Source: Negaprion brevirostris (Eukaryota). From it: a DNA stretch of 63,862 nt. This document shows, in pieces, positions 48,101 to 57,047 of this stretch. Under the pieces are notes generated by a model, which searched no databases, was not told the origin of the DNA, and saw only the letters and a program-made list of their open reading frames with translations. Each line of letters begins with the position of its first letter. The stretch's first letter is position 1. The stretch is from the NCBI GenBank assembly GCA_030324005.1, contig JARDVH010000025.1:63910897-63974758 (forward strand). The letters are read 5' to 3'. The translations under genes were made by a program, and so were the position numbers.

Positions 48101-51100
48101 TTGACAGTTGGTGTATTGGGTATTTTTCTCTCTGACTTTCATTTCCCATACTACTATTTTTTCTCTCATGCTTTGACTCTATTTCTTAATTTGCTACATC
48201 TACCCAAGTTCGATTCCTCACTCTCCATTTAGTTCAAAGCTCTCTCTGTTTCCCTAGTTATATGGTTCAGTAGAGCACAGTTCAGTCAGACCATCCCAAT
48301 GGTACCGCCCCCACTTTTCCCAGCACTAATGCCAAAAGCCTACGAACCTGCTGCTTGTCCAGTGCCTTTCTGCCTTCTAGTGAAATTGGTTCGTAGGAAC
48401 TGCTCATTCAACAAGAAGATTGAAATTCTTTGTAATTGTCTGCTTTTGTAAATGAAAGCAACTTCAATAAAGTTAGTCTAAAGTTTATTTATTAGTGTTA
48501 CAAGTAGGCTTACATTAAGACTGCAATGAAGTTACTGTGAAAATCCTACAATCACCACACTCCTGTGGCTGTTCGTGTACGCTAAGGGAGAACTTAGCAT
48601 GGCCGATGCATCTAACCGGCATGTCTTGGAGTGTGGGAGGAAACTGGAGCACCCAGAGGAAATCCACGCAGACACTGGGAGAACGTGCAGACCCTGCACT
48701 GACAGTGACCCAAGCTGGGAATCGAACCCAGGTCCCTGGCACTGTGAAACAGCAGTGCTAACAACTGTGTCACTATGCCACCCCATGCATCACTCTTAGT
48801 CTGTATTATGTTGATTCATATCTACATTTAGTTTTGATACTGAATAAAGCAAACACAACCAGTAATGTGCTTTTAATTGCAATAAGCCGCATGTTTTTTT
48901 TATTCATGCTCACTTTTTATCTAGATTTGCAGTCAGGACAATATCAGTTTGAAGGTCTATTTACCAGCAACCTTGTACCCATGTACAAAGCCTTTCAAAG
49001 TGAGTATAAAATACTTCCTATTATTTAGTGCAAATACTGTCACAATGGAGCATATTGTGTAGTAATTGTGGTTTTGTGACCATTTGATAATTTCATTGTG
49101 CCCCAGTATGAATTTAAGCTGAATGTAACAATTTACCTACATTGAATTGTTACTTAATATTGTCGCTGATTGTGCTCAGAATTAACTTTAATTCAAACTA
49201 GAGGAGTTAATGGTCAATTCATAGAACAGAGCGAAGAAATTATCATTTTGGGTGTTTTTATACCAATTCTGATGATTTATAGAACTCTGACTCTCTTGCT
49301 GTCATCATGTCTCATTCATGTACTTAAAAGCATTTCAGAACCCACTTGAACCTTTACAATTCATCACAAATGATGAAATGTTCTTGCATGGTGTTCTAAA
49401 ATAGTACTGCTCAAAATCTTTAAATTGACAAGTGACAACAACACAAGCATAAGAAAGTGAACAGCTGGTGTAACTTTATCTGGGATTCTATTTAATATTT
49501 TAGATTCATTGCTTGAAATACTTCAGAAGTGACTTGCAGCTACCATTTATGTAACTGCAGATGAATTTCTAATTTAATGAAGTCATCCACTATCAAACAT
49601 TTGGTTATTGTTCCCATTCACAACAATTTATATCTGCCCTATTAGGTTGTTCACCTTTCTCTTACCTGGGACGTACCTGTAAGTTATTAACACATCCTAC
49701 CAAAGCGAAATACTCACTGTACCTTTAGAGAAAGGAGCTACACATAAACCAAGAAGTGTGGTTAAATGCAAATGTCGGTCAAGTACCTTTTAGTGAGAGG
49801 TTTAATTTAAGGTTTGGAAGTAAATCAGCTACCATAAATGAACTGCATATTAAACTCAAGACAACTTATGCTGCAGCTATTTGTCTCAATATTTGAAGAA
49901 TATAATGCCTTGCAAGCTGATTGGAATTGTATAGCAATTTGAGGGTTATATTGAAGCTGGACATCTGATTTCAAGACATTTCACTTTTTGTGTTGAAACT
50001 GTGCATCAGTAATGAATGAATTGGACACCTGCATATTTTTTGCCTATTCTTTTGTAATAGTAACCTATTAACATTTGTAATTACATGAACTGCAAGTTGC
50101 TGTTCCTGATTGTTACAGTGGGAGCAAATACATTACAAAAGGTTTACTGGCTCCTAGAAAAGCAGAATAGCTTAACAGTTATTTTGTGTACTTTGATATC
50201 TATAGTTATCACAACAAAACTGCAGAATGAAATATAGTGAATTCATTTGTTTATGTCTTGACAGAAATATGGAATTACTTTCACAATGTTTTGCTGTTGA
50301 AGTATACTATACAGAGACATGGCATCAATGTGATTAGCGGACCTGTGTTTGATTTTGATTATGATGGACGGTTTGATACTTCTGATATCATCCAAAAGTA
50401 AGAAGTTTCCATCATTTTTAGTGGTACTATGTTTAATTTATCCCATGCATCTTTCATATAAATGGCTAAAATATATAATGGGCTTTTATTTAATCCATAG
50501 CAAATACTAATAAGATTGTTGTTTTTTGCTAGTCTCTAAAGTTTGTATTTCTTTTGAAACATGAATTGATGAAACATGGACATTTTTCAAATATCTGTAA
50601 GTAATTTTGTGTTCAATGAATCATAGTATCTGACAGCGTAGAAAGAGGCCATTTAGCCCATCAAACCTTTGAGGGCACCTTGAATGATCAGTTGTGCTTA
50701 GTCTCACACCTGTGCTTTTGCCCAAAACCCTACAAGTTCCTCAACCTCAAGTACCTGTCCAACTCCCTTTTAAAATCATTTGTGGGATTAGCTTCCACCA
50801 CTTTTTTCAGGAAGATCATTCTGTATTCCCAACAACTTTGAATAAAAGAAAAAATCTCCTTATCTGCCCTCTGAATTTTTAAAATCTGTAATCTCTTGTT
50901 ATCAATTAACGCATCAGAGGAAATCATTTATCTACTTGATCAAAACCTTTTGTCATCTTGTAAGCCTCAACTAGGTCACCTCTGTTCTGAGAACAATCCT
51001 AATGCTTCCACCCCATTCCTCATCATTGAAGTCCCTCACTCTTGGTAATATCCTAGTAAATCTCCTCTGTATCCATTCTAATGCCTTCACTTCTTTCCTG

Positions 51101-54100
51101 AAATGTGGCACCCAGAATTGTCCACAATATTTCAGCTCAAACAGTGATTTATACAATTCAAGCATGTTCTCTTTGCTTTAATATTATAAGGCTGTTTTCA
51201 CACCCACAAAAACCTTAATGTTTTATCACCCATCTTACTGACCTGCCCAATGTATTTGTGTATATTGTTGCCAAGGTATCTCTGTTTTCCACATTATGCC
51301 ATTTGTAGTATACTGGCATATAGTCTCCCATATTAATTCCCCCAAAGTGCATCAATTTATGCTCCTCCAATTTGCCCAATTCACTATCTTCTCTATATTA
51401 TCCTGACACATATAATCATTCTTCTCACTGTCTACTGTGTTAGCATGTTTTTGTATCATTGCCCAAGCCTATGTCATTTATAAAAATTGAAGAGTAATGG
51501 ACCCAACTGATCCATCAGGAGCATCACTGCAAACCACTTCCAGTCTGAAAAGCATCCAATCCTCCACCACCTCTACTTCCTATTACTGAATCAATTCAGT
51601 ATGTACAGCCAGCATCCTCTTAATTCCATTTGTAGGAGTGTAAAAAGTCAAATATGAGAAACAGGAGACTTTTAGCTGATTAGCATACTGTAGAAATGTG
51701 TTTTAGTCACCCAACTCGGCATCCAACTGGATGTTGAATAATTTACTGGGTAGATTATCCCAAACATTCATCAATGTTTGAGTAACAAAGTTCTTCCTAA
51801 TATGTTTTTGAATTTACCTTTCATTAATTTAAATTTATGGTTGTATTGCATTGCCTTGCCTAACTTGCCTACAGAATATGCCTGCATATTACTTCATCTT
51901 ATCTAGAACATATATTACCTTGTATAGTTTGATGAGATTCTCTTTAACCTTCTCCCTAAACTTCGAAGTTTAATTTTCTTTGTTTTTTCTCAGAACTTAG
52001 CTCTTTCCCATTTGACATCATTCTTGTTTCTTTTCTCTACAGTAACTCCATTATATCTATATCTGTTCTGAGATAGGACAATCAGAACTACATGCAATAC
52101 TCCAAATGTAGTCAAGCCAGCTCCATCATAAAGTCTCAGTATAGCCTTTGTCCTTTTCTAAATCTTCCTGAGTGTGGTCACATAGAAAGTGGAATGGAGC
52201 ATGATAACAAAACGCAAATGATTGTTTTCAGAAAGGCAGTCTTGGGGTACTGAGTCACCCAGGGATATTTGTTGGGACTTCACATGTTTGCATTTACATA
52301 AATATTTTGGCATAGAAACCAGAATAATGATATTGAAGCTCAATTACAGAGAACAGCAAGCAGTATGGAAAAGTGCATTCAATCATAGGAAGATTTAAGT
52401 TAGTGGAGTGGGTATCTTTGTACCTAATACAGTCCTTTGCAAATAAATGTGAAGCANNNNNNNNNNNNNNNNNNNNNNNNNNNNNNNNNNNNNNNNNNNN
52501 NNNNNNNNNNNNNNNNNNAGTGGGTGCAGGGAGATGTAAGACTGCAGGTTATAAACTTTAAAAACTGTGAGTATACACAGACTTTTGGGGCACCACCATT
52601 TAAATCTATATCAATATCTTAGCCGAGGAGACAGAGTGTAACGTATCCAAGAGTGCTAACAACACAAAATTAACTGGGAAAGTAAACTATAAGGAGGATG
52701 CAAAGAGGGGGATGTGGCATCCTGACTTCTTTCCAGGTGTCTCCTTCTCCTCAAGGAAGGGCAATAGGGTGCCCAAAGGGAGGAGGAGTGCCAGCCAAGC
52801 AACCCAGGGCCATCCACCTAGGATACTCCAAGGATGTGCTACTGCTCCAAATCCCCTCCGTCTGTGACCCCATCAACTGCAGTTGGTCAGGCCGAGGAGG
52901 ATGTACCTGCCTCAGAGCAGGATCCCTTAGCATGCTGGGGCCACAGAATATGCTCACCAAAGTCATGTCAGATGACAGGGCATAGCAGTCAGCAGGTTGC
53001 CACCACCCCTTGCTGCGGTTGTCAGGACTGCACCTAGACATAGTGGTAGAGTTCTGAAACTTAATAAGTCTGAATGTACAACTGTAGCACAAGTGTTCAT
53101 TTGCTGTATGTATTCTTCACTATTGTAAATATATTTCACATTTATCCCTCTAAGTCCCTGTGGGGTGGTACGGTGAAGCTGTGGTTAACCTTGCTGCCTC
53201 ACAGCACCAGGGACCTGAATTCGATTCCTGAATTGGGTCAGTGTCTGTGCGGGGTCTACACATTCCTCCCGCATCTGTGTGGGTTTCCTCCAGTGCTCTG
53301 GTTTCCTCCCACAGTCTGCAAGAGCATTTGCCATGCTAAGTTCTCTTTCAGTGTACCCGAGCAGGTGCTGGAGTGTGGCGACTAGGGGAGTTTTACAGTA
53401 ACTTCCTTGCAGTGTTAATGTAAGCCTACTTGTGACACTAATAAATAAACTTTAAACTTTAGATCTTCACATAAAGAGGGTGACATCCTCTAGTGCTATC
53501 ACATCTCTCCTAGAGGATTCCAGAACTGCACACAATACACTGTCTATGGCTTAACTAACATTTTATATAGTTCCATCTTAACCTCCCTGCACTTAAATTC
53601 TATGACTTGACTGTAAAGGCAAGTATAGCATTATACCTCCTTTTTTGGATCATCAAGGGGTTCTTTCCCTTTCTACTCCCTATTTCCTTCTTGAATGTGC
53701 CCCATTGTTCTGTCACAGATTTACCTAAAGGTATCTGCTTCCAGTCCACTTTGGCCAAACCATAGACTAGTGCTGCACACTCCAGTTTAAGATGTACAAA
53801 TGCCTTGTTTTGGGGAGCTCCGTCTGAACATAGAGCACTACAGCACAAACAGGCCCTTCAGCCCACAAGTTGCGCTGATCACATCTATACCTACAAAGCC
53901 ATAGAACTGTCTGTAACTTCCAATGCCATTAGATCCCATAACTCATCCAAAGGTCTTTTAAAAGACCCCAGCGAGTTCGCCTCTCCCACCATCGACGGCA
54001 GCCGATTCCACTCACTCACCACCCTCTGAGTGAAAAACTTACCCCTAACATCTCCTCTGTACCTGCTCCNNNNNNNNNNNNNNNNNNNNNNNNNNNNNNN

Positions 54101-55762
54101 NNNNNNNNNNNNNNNNNNNNNNNNNNNNNNNNNNNNNNNNNNNNNNNNNNNNNNNNNNNNNNNNNNNNNTGGGAGACCAGGAGCCTCCAGGACCTCCCAC
54201 ATATTGCATTGGCAACAACATACTGGCCTCACACTCATACTTGCCCATTTTAGAAATACAGAGAAGAAAGTAATAAAAACTTATAAACTTACCTTGCCTC
54301 ACCCTTTTTGCTTAGGCCCTGTGAGCCAAAGCCCTTCTAGCTCACACAAAAACAAAAACAAACTTACCTGTTCTCACTCCAAGCCCCTCTCTCTCTCTCT
54401 TTTTCAGGTTAGAGGAGGTGGGAGGGTGAGGTACTCTACCTGTGTAGAGTATCAGGATTCCTCACCAGTCCAATTTATGGAAAAAAATACCCAAGTCCCT
54501 TTGCAAACTACTTCGAGTTTTCGGAATAAAATTTAAAGAAAAAACTATCGAAGTTAATTTTTTAAAAAATCACTTTAACTCACCCACAAGCTCTCCTCTT
54601 ACAAATCATTGCCTCTCTTCAGTGCTCCCAAGGGACAATGAGGTCGATTCCCTGAGGTGACCTTATTAAAATCCGCCTTCCCCAGTCTCAAACTTTGATT
54701 TCAGGCCCATCCGTGTCCTTTTCCATGACAAATTTGAGCTAATGAACAATGATTGGTTGTGTATTAATGAAACAAACTATTTTTTCTAAACAAAACTTAT
54801 TTACATTGTTTTTCAAGGAATGCTAAGAATGCACAAATCCCTGTCCCAACTCACTACTACATTGTCCTTACCAACTGCAAGGACACGATGAAAAGTCCTC
54901 TACATTGTGACACCTCGCTGGATGTATTGGCTTTCATTCTGCCTCATAGACCTGATAACAGTGAGAGCTGTGCAGTAAGTAAATCTGAAGCATGAATAAT
55001 AGTTTTGCAATCACTGATAGAATTTATGTGACTGGTATCAGCAGCACGATAAATGTAAATGCGGGTTTTTTAAGTAGTATTTTTGGGAAATGTGTTCTGC
55101 GTAGTTTTTAATAAACTTTAGAAATTTCATCAATTTTAAATATGTTTGAAACATTTAAAATAATGACATACATTACTTGGGTCACTGTCTGCGCGGGGTT
55201 TGCACATTCTTCCCGTGTCTGCAAGGGTTGCCTCCGGGTCCCACAATCTGAAAGATGTACTGGTTAGGTGCATTATCCAAACAGGTGCCGGACTGTGGTG
55301 ACAAGGGGAATTTCACAGTAACTTTACTGCAGTGTTAATGTGAGCCTTTCTTGTGACTAATAAATAAACTTTAACTTTTTACATGGAGCTAAATTGCTAC
55401 ACAGAAATAAATGATACAAAGTACCTATTCAGTCGTCCTAGTACAGATATCTGTTTGGTTCTAAAGCCTATCAGTTTTTACGTTTCAGGGTTTAATATTT
55501 TTTATAAGGCACGATCTGCATAATCTTAGCAGACTTTGATTTTGATATTTTTTAAAATGTGCAAGTTATTGAGTCCTGTGTTCTTTGGCAGGATGGCAAA
55601 GATGAATCCGAGTGGGTCGAAGAGCGAATCTGGGCTCACACCGCACGAGTGAGGGATGTGGAGCTGATCACGGGACTTGACTTCTATCAGGACAGAAAGC
55701 AGCCAGTTGCTGAGATTTTACAGCTGAAAACATTTTCACCAACAATTGAAGATCAAATGTGA
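9090..55762 (+). CDS. ENPP1/ENPP3: Ectonucleotide pyrophosphatase/phosphodiesterase, ENPP1/ENPP3 subfamily (spliced, 5' exons outside the window): join(9090-9199,9997-10062,[exon 11 not visible],17093-17201,20064-20195,21988-22019,22597-22724,29053-29119,29265-29352,34189-34367,34466-34517,40113-40267,44168-44300,48925-48999,50265-50397,54818-54974,55592-55762)
   Basis: Sixteen AG/GT-bounded exons with compatible phases encode the phosphodiesterase domain ([36 protein letters not shown]) and the nuclease-like domain (LPYGRPR, EF-hand [32 protein letters not shown]). Confidence 0.95.
9997..10062 (+). CDS. ENPP1/ENPP3: ENPP exon (10 equivalent), [22 protein letters not shown]
   Basis: ttctcttaag|G...AG|gtaatt; 66 nt. 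Confidence 0.95.
10745..11095 (+). mobile_element. CR1 LINE 3' end spanning an N gap
   Basis: tggaattctctgcccattgaagtggtggaggct...gatggcctactcctgctcctatttcttatgttc tail. Confidence 0.85.
12454..12650 (+). mobile_element. Degenerate Harbinger Myb/SANT-like ORF exon remnant
   Basis: [11 protein letters not shown]...AAW...QKRQC...DIAVR|gtaagt parallels the better-preserved copy at 25840-26064. Confidence 0.4.
14687..14995 (-). mobile_element. HE1/V-SINE-like tRNA-derived SINE (CR1-type tail)
   Basis: Reverse complement: ggttagcattgctgcctcacagtgcc...gggtttcctcccacagtccaaagatgt...gatgggccaaatggcctccttc. Confidence 0.85.
15312..15418. repeat. Degenerate (CA/TA)n microsatellite
   Basis: acatatgtgcacatg...cacatacacacacatataaatgcacatacacac. 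Confidence 0.8.
15700..16520 (+). mobile_element. Decayed CR1 ORF2 endonuclease/linker fragment
   Basis: ataatcatgggtgattttaatcta (IMGDFNL), agtagtgatcataat (SDHN). Confidence 0.75.
17093..17201 (+). CDS. ENPP1/ENPP3: ENPP exon (12 equivalent), [37 protein letters not shown]
   Basis: atatacag|GTC...CATG|gtatga; 109 nt; zinc-ligand DH. Confidence 0.96.
18765..19020 (+). mobile_element. LINE 3' ORF fragment of the family sharing its tail with the SacSINE1-like SINE (tail resumes near 19655-19730)
   Basis: cagtgtgcaccatctacaag...atgcactgcagtaattc...gacaaaggcagcagatgcatggg; the tail attagggatgggcaacaaatgctgg matches 34050-34100. Confidence 0.55.
19183..19490 (-). mobile_element. HE1/V-SINE-like SINE
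   Basis: gggaggaaaccggagcacctggaggaaacccatgcagacatagggagaatgtgcaaact...gtgctaaccactgtgccac. Confidence 0.9.
20064..20195 (+). CDS. ENPP1/ENPP3: ENPP exon (13 equivalent), [43 protein letters not shown]
   Basis: acttgcag|GA...ACAT|gtaggt; 132 nt. Confidence 0.95.
20688..20864. mobile_element. Short MITE with GGC..GGATT(T/C)TCC / GGAGAATC..GC termini (Harbinger-like)
   Basis: ggcaggattttcc...gggagaatcccaagc; related copies at 23711-23817, 41187-41380 and 47866-48063. Confidence 0.55.
21988..22019 (+). CDS. ENPP1/ENPP3: ENPP exon (14 equivalent), [10 protein letters not shown]
   Basis: ttttttttcag|TT...ACT|gtaagt; 32 nt. Confidence 0.93.
22310..22455 (+). mobile_element. Penelope-like terminal fragment with inverted repeats
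   Basis: ggcacaataagaagtctc ... gagacttcttactgtgcc; aataaacctgtttgactttaacctggtgttgtgagac; related copy at 62245-62360 (-). Confidence 0.55.
22597..22724 (+). CDS. ENPP1/ENPP3: ENPP exon (15 equivalent), [43 protein letters not shown]
   Basis: ttgcactag|TGC...CT|gtaagt; 128 nt. Confidence 0.96.
23314..24915 (+). mobile_element. pogo-superfamily (POGK/Passer-like) DNA transposon fossil, interrupted by a MITE (23711-23817) and a CR1 piece (24236-24503)
   Basis: TA|CCGTATTT terminus; [13 protein letters not shown] (Brinker-like DBD); [32 protein letters not shown]; [21 protein letters not shown]; GWM; [10 protein letters not shown]; VVVISSGL; [18 protein letters not shown] (DDE_1-type core). 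Confidence 0.85.
24236..24503 (+). mobile_element. CR1 LINE fragment (RT to 3' tail, collapsed over an N gap)
   Basis: [25 protein letters not shown]; tail gatggcctactcctgctcccatttcttatgttcttatg. Confidence 0.9.
25082..27270 (+). mobile_element. PIF/Harbinger-derived element carrying a decayed Myb/SANT (MSANTD/NAIF1-like) DNA-binding ORF
   Basis: GGGCCCTATTTT terminus. 25840-26064: [24 protein letters not shown]...[36 protein letters not shown] later ERVKT(G)[12 protein letters not shown] motif and an S/T/P-rich tail follow. A CR1 tail is inserted near 26500-26740. Confidence 0.7.
27290..27645 (+). mobile_element. CR1 LINE ORF2 C-terminal fragment
   Basis: [28 protein letters not shown]; gtccagttctggtcaccacactac. 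Confidence 0.9.
29053..29119 (+). CDS. ENPP1/ENPP3: ENPP exon (16 equivalent), [22 protein letters not shown]
   Basis: cctttctcag|G...CAG|gtaagg; 67 nt; zinc-ligand His. Confidence 0.95.
29265..29352 (+). CDS. ENPP1/ENPP3: ENPP exon (17 equivalent), [29 protein letters not shown]
   Basis: caatggcag|ACC...TGCG|gtaaga; 88 nt. Confidence 0.96.
29415..29660 (-). mobile_element. HE1/V-SINE-like SINE
   Basis: catagaatccctactgtgcagaagaaggc...gggaggaaaccagagca...gtgctaaccactgtg. Confidence 0.85.
30180..30650 (-). mobile_element. Decayed LINE ORF fragment (probably the tRNA-headed family)
   Basis: Minus-strand [11 protein letters not shown] and weakly LINE-like coding remnants; family assignment is by resemblance only. 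Confidence 0.4.
31440..32440 (-). mobile_element. Decayed CR1 ORF2 fragment
   Basis: [39 protein letters not shown]. Confidence 0.8.
33757..34110 (+). mobile_element. SacSINE1/Deu-like tRNA-derived SINE, near full length
   Basis: A-box tggcctggtgg, B-box ggttcaaatccc, core cctttagggaaggaaatctgcc, tail caataaatgctggccagccagcgatgcccatgtctcatgaatgaataaaaaa. Confidence 0.8.
34189..34367 (+). CDS. ENPP1/ENPP3: ENPP exon (18 equivalent), [59 protein letters not shown]
   Basis: ttgctttag|AT...CTG|gtaatt; 179 nt. Confidence 0.95.
34466..34517 (+). CDS. ENPP1/ENPP3: ENPP exon (19 equivalent), [17 protein letters not shown]
   Basis: actttag|GAT...GAAG|gtagga; 52 nt; phase 0 to 1 fits its neighbours; LNLS motif. 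Confidence 0.85.
37325..38308. mobile_element. About 1 kb non-autonomous DNA transposon with TIRs (Harbinger-like)
   Basis: gggcctaattctccca ... tgggagaattgggccc; an inverted relative lies at 41381-42435. Confidence 0.75.
39608..39912 (+). mobile_element. HE1/V-SINE-like SINE, full length, CR1-type tail
   Basis: ggtggcacagtggttagcactgctgcct...gggtttcctccggg...tctgcactgaagggattctatg. Confidence 0.92.
40113..40267 (+). CDS. ENPP1/ENPP3: ENPP exon (20 equivalent), [51 protein letters not shown]
   Basis: ttttacag|TT...ACT|gtaagt; 155 nt. Confidence 0.96.
40385..40612 (+). mobile_element. 5'-truncated V-SINE
   Basis: gtccaaagatgtgcaggttaggtggattggtcatgctaaattgccc. Confidence 0.85.
41381..42435 (-). 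mobile_element. Inverted copy of the 37325-38308 non-autonomous element (contains an N gap)
   Basis: 42363-42435 actccagttttcgacacttagaatttttttgggagtatt is the reverse complement of the start of the 37325 element. Confidence 0.65.
44168..44300 (+). CDS. ENPP1/ENPP3: ENPP exon (21 equivalent), [44 protein letters not shown]
   Basis: gctaatag|GAA...CCCA|gtaagt; 133 nt. Confidence 0.93.
44835..48345 (-). mobile_element. Long decayed CR1 LINE (most of ORF2 plus the end of ORF1) with a nested V-SINE and MITE
   Basis: [42 protein letters not shown]; the 3' tail lies near 44840-44930. Confidence 0.85.
46780..47060 (-). mobile_element. V-SINE nested in the CR1 copy
   Basis: aagaatccttcagtgcagaggaggc...gtgggaggcaattggagt...gtccctggcactgtg. 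Confidence 0.8.
48478..48785 (-). mobile_element. V-SINE with the alternative tail
   Basis: aagtttatttattagtgttacaagtaggcttacattaagactgcaatgaagttactgtgaaaatcc...gggaggaaactggagcacccagagg. Confidence 0.9.
48925..48999 (+). CDS. ENPP1/ENPP3: ENPP exon (22 equivalent), [24 protein letters not shown]
   Basis: ttttatctag|AT...CAAA|gtgagt; 75 nt. Confidence 0.93.
50265..50397 (+). CDS. ENPP1/ENPP3: ENPP exon (23 equivalent), [44 protein letters not shown]
   Basis: tcttgacag|AA...AA|gtaaga; 133 nt; EF-hand-like calcium site. Confidence 0.96.
50620..51630 (-). mobile_element. Decayed CR1 3' part
   Basis: [38 protein letters not shown]. Confidence 0.8.
53160..53460 (+). mobile_element. V-SINE with the alternative tail
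   Basis: gctgcctcacagcaccagggacc...cagtgttaatgtaagcctacttgtgacactaataaataaactttaaacttt. Confidence 0.9.
53822..54069 (-). mobile_element. CR1/HER1-like LINE 3' end
   Basis: [23 protein letters not shown]; tail reverse complement of gaacatagagcactacagcacaaacaggccc. Confidence 0.85.
54170..54700 (-). mobile_element. CR1 5' UTR and ORF1 N-terminal zinc finger
   Basis: [23 protein letters not shown] at 54238, resembling the CR1 ORF1 CxxC-MW start. Confidence 0.65.
54818..54974 (+). CDS. ENPP1/ENPP3: ENPP exon (24 equivalent), [52 protein letters not shown]
   Basis: tttttcaag|G...GCA|gtaagt; 157 nt. Confidence 0.96.
55172..55380 (+). mobile_element. 5'-truncated V-SINE with the alternative tail
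   Basis: cttgggtcactgtctgcgcggggtttgcacattc...cttgtgactaataaataaacttt. Confidence 0.85.
55592..55762 (+). CDS. ENPP1/ENPP3: ENPP terminal coding exon (25 equivalent), [56 protein letters not shown]
   Basis: ctttggcag|GAT...TGA at 55760-55762. Confidence 0.96.
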   Translation, partial: DGKDESEWVEERIWAHTARVRDVELITGLDFYQDRKQPVAEILQLKTFSPTIEDQM

Positions 55763-56742
55763 TCTCTAAACATTTAATTAAATTGCTTGCCGTGAGCTAT
55801 GCAGTGACATTTTCACATCCATAATGTTTACGCATACATTCAATTTTGGAATTTGGTGAGCTACTGACATGTTTCAAAAGAAGTTCTGATAATAACCAAG
55901 GCAGTCAGGGCACGCAAATCATAATGGAAGGGTAACACAATGAAATGTCACCATTTCCATTGGAATTAGTCAATTAAAATGTTGTAAACTTTAGATTATT
56001 TTAAAACTTTTTTAAGCACAACAGTTTTGTAGCAAGAATTAGTTTGGAAAATGATTAGGGAGAATTGAATTGGGATTTACCATGCGTGTCGAGGATCATG
56101 TACGTTTTAGCATTTGACTTGAGAATTCATCAAATCATGGAATTAATCTTGCATAAGCCAGCAATTCTCGCCATATTTAGATGACATCAAGGACCTGACA
56201 TGAAATTGAATGTACTGCTTTACATAACTATTGTCTGTAATATTATAATATCAACTTTGTCATTTGCACTAGCAGTAACTGCCATAAAAACGTAATTGGC
56301 AGAATTCAAATGATATATGATACTTCCTTGCCCAAAATGTAATTTTCAAGATTATAGCATTTACTTGCGTAGCTTTCCAGTTAAACCTCTAGCTTTGAGT
56401 TTTAAATATAGTTTCAAGTAGTAACAGGTTAAGTGGTCTTAAACAGNNNNNNNNNNNNNNNNNNNNNNNNNNNNNNNNNNNNNNNNNNNNNNNNNNNNNN
56501 NNNNNNNNNNNNNNNNNNNNNNNNNNNNNNNNNNNNNNNNNNNNNNTTAAGTGGTCTTAAACAGTTCAGTCAGTAGCACTGAATCAGGTTTTGTTAATTT
56601 ATCTTTTGCTGTGTCTGCCTACTTAGCAATTTTAAGTTTGCCAAACATGAAACAAATTATTGCCAAAAGTTTCCAAGTAAGTTTCCTCAACATCATTACC
56701 TCCAAAACTGTTCCAAATTATGCATCTATAACATTTCACCAT

Positions 56743-57047
56743 TAGAATCATAGAACTCTACAGTGCAGAAAGAGGCCATTTGGCTCATCGAGTCCACACC
56801 AACCACAATCCCACCCAGGCCTTACCCCCATATCCATATATATTTACCCAATAAACCTTCTAACCTATGCATCTCAGGACACTAAGCAGCAATTTTAGCA
56901 TGACCTAATCCACGCATCTTTGGATTGTGGGAGGAAACCCACGCTGACACAAAGAGAATGTGCAAGCTCCACCCAAGCCGGAAATCGAACTCAGGTCCCT
57001 GGAGCTGTGAAGCAGCAGTGCTAACTGCTGTGCTACCGTGCTGCCCA
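56743..57047 (-). mobile_element. V-SINE
   Basis: atcatagaactctacagtgcagaaagaggcc...gtgggaggaaaccc...gcagcagtgctaac. Confidence 0.85.

Noticed and set aside
56429-56564. Direct repeat ttaagtggtcttaaacag on both sides of a 100-N gap
   Set aside because: Typical unmerged contig overlap, not a real TSD or tandem repeat.
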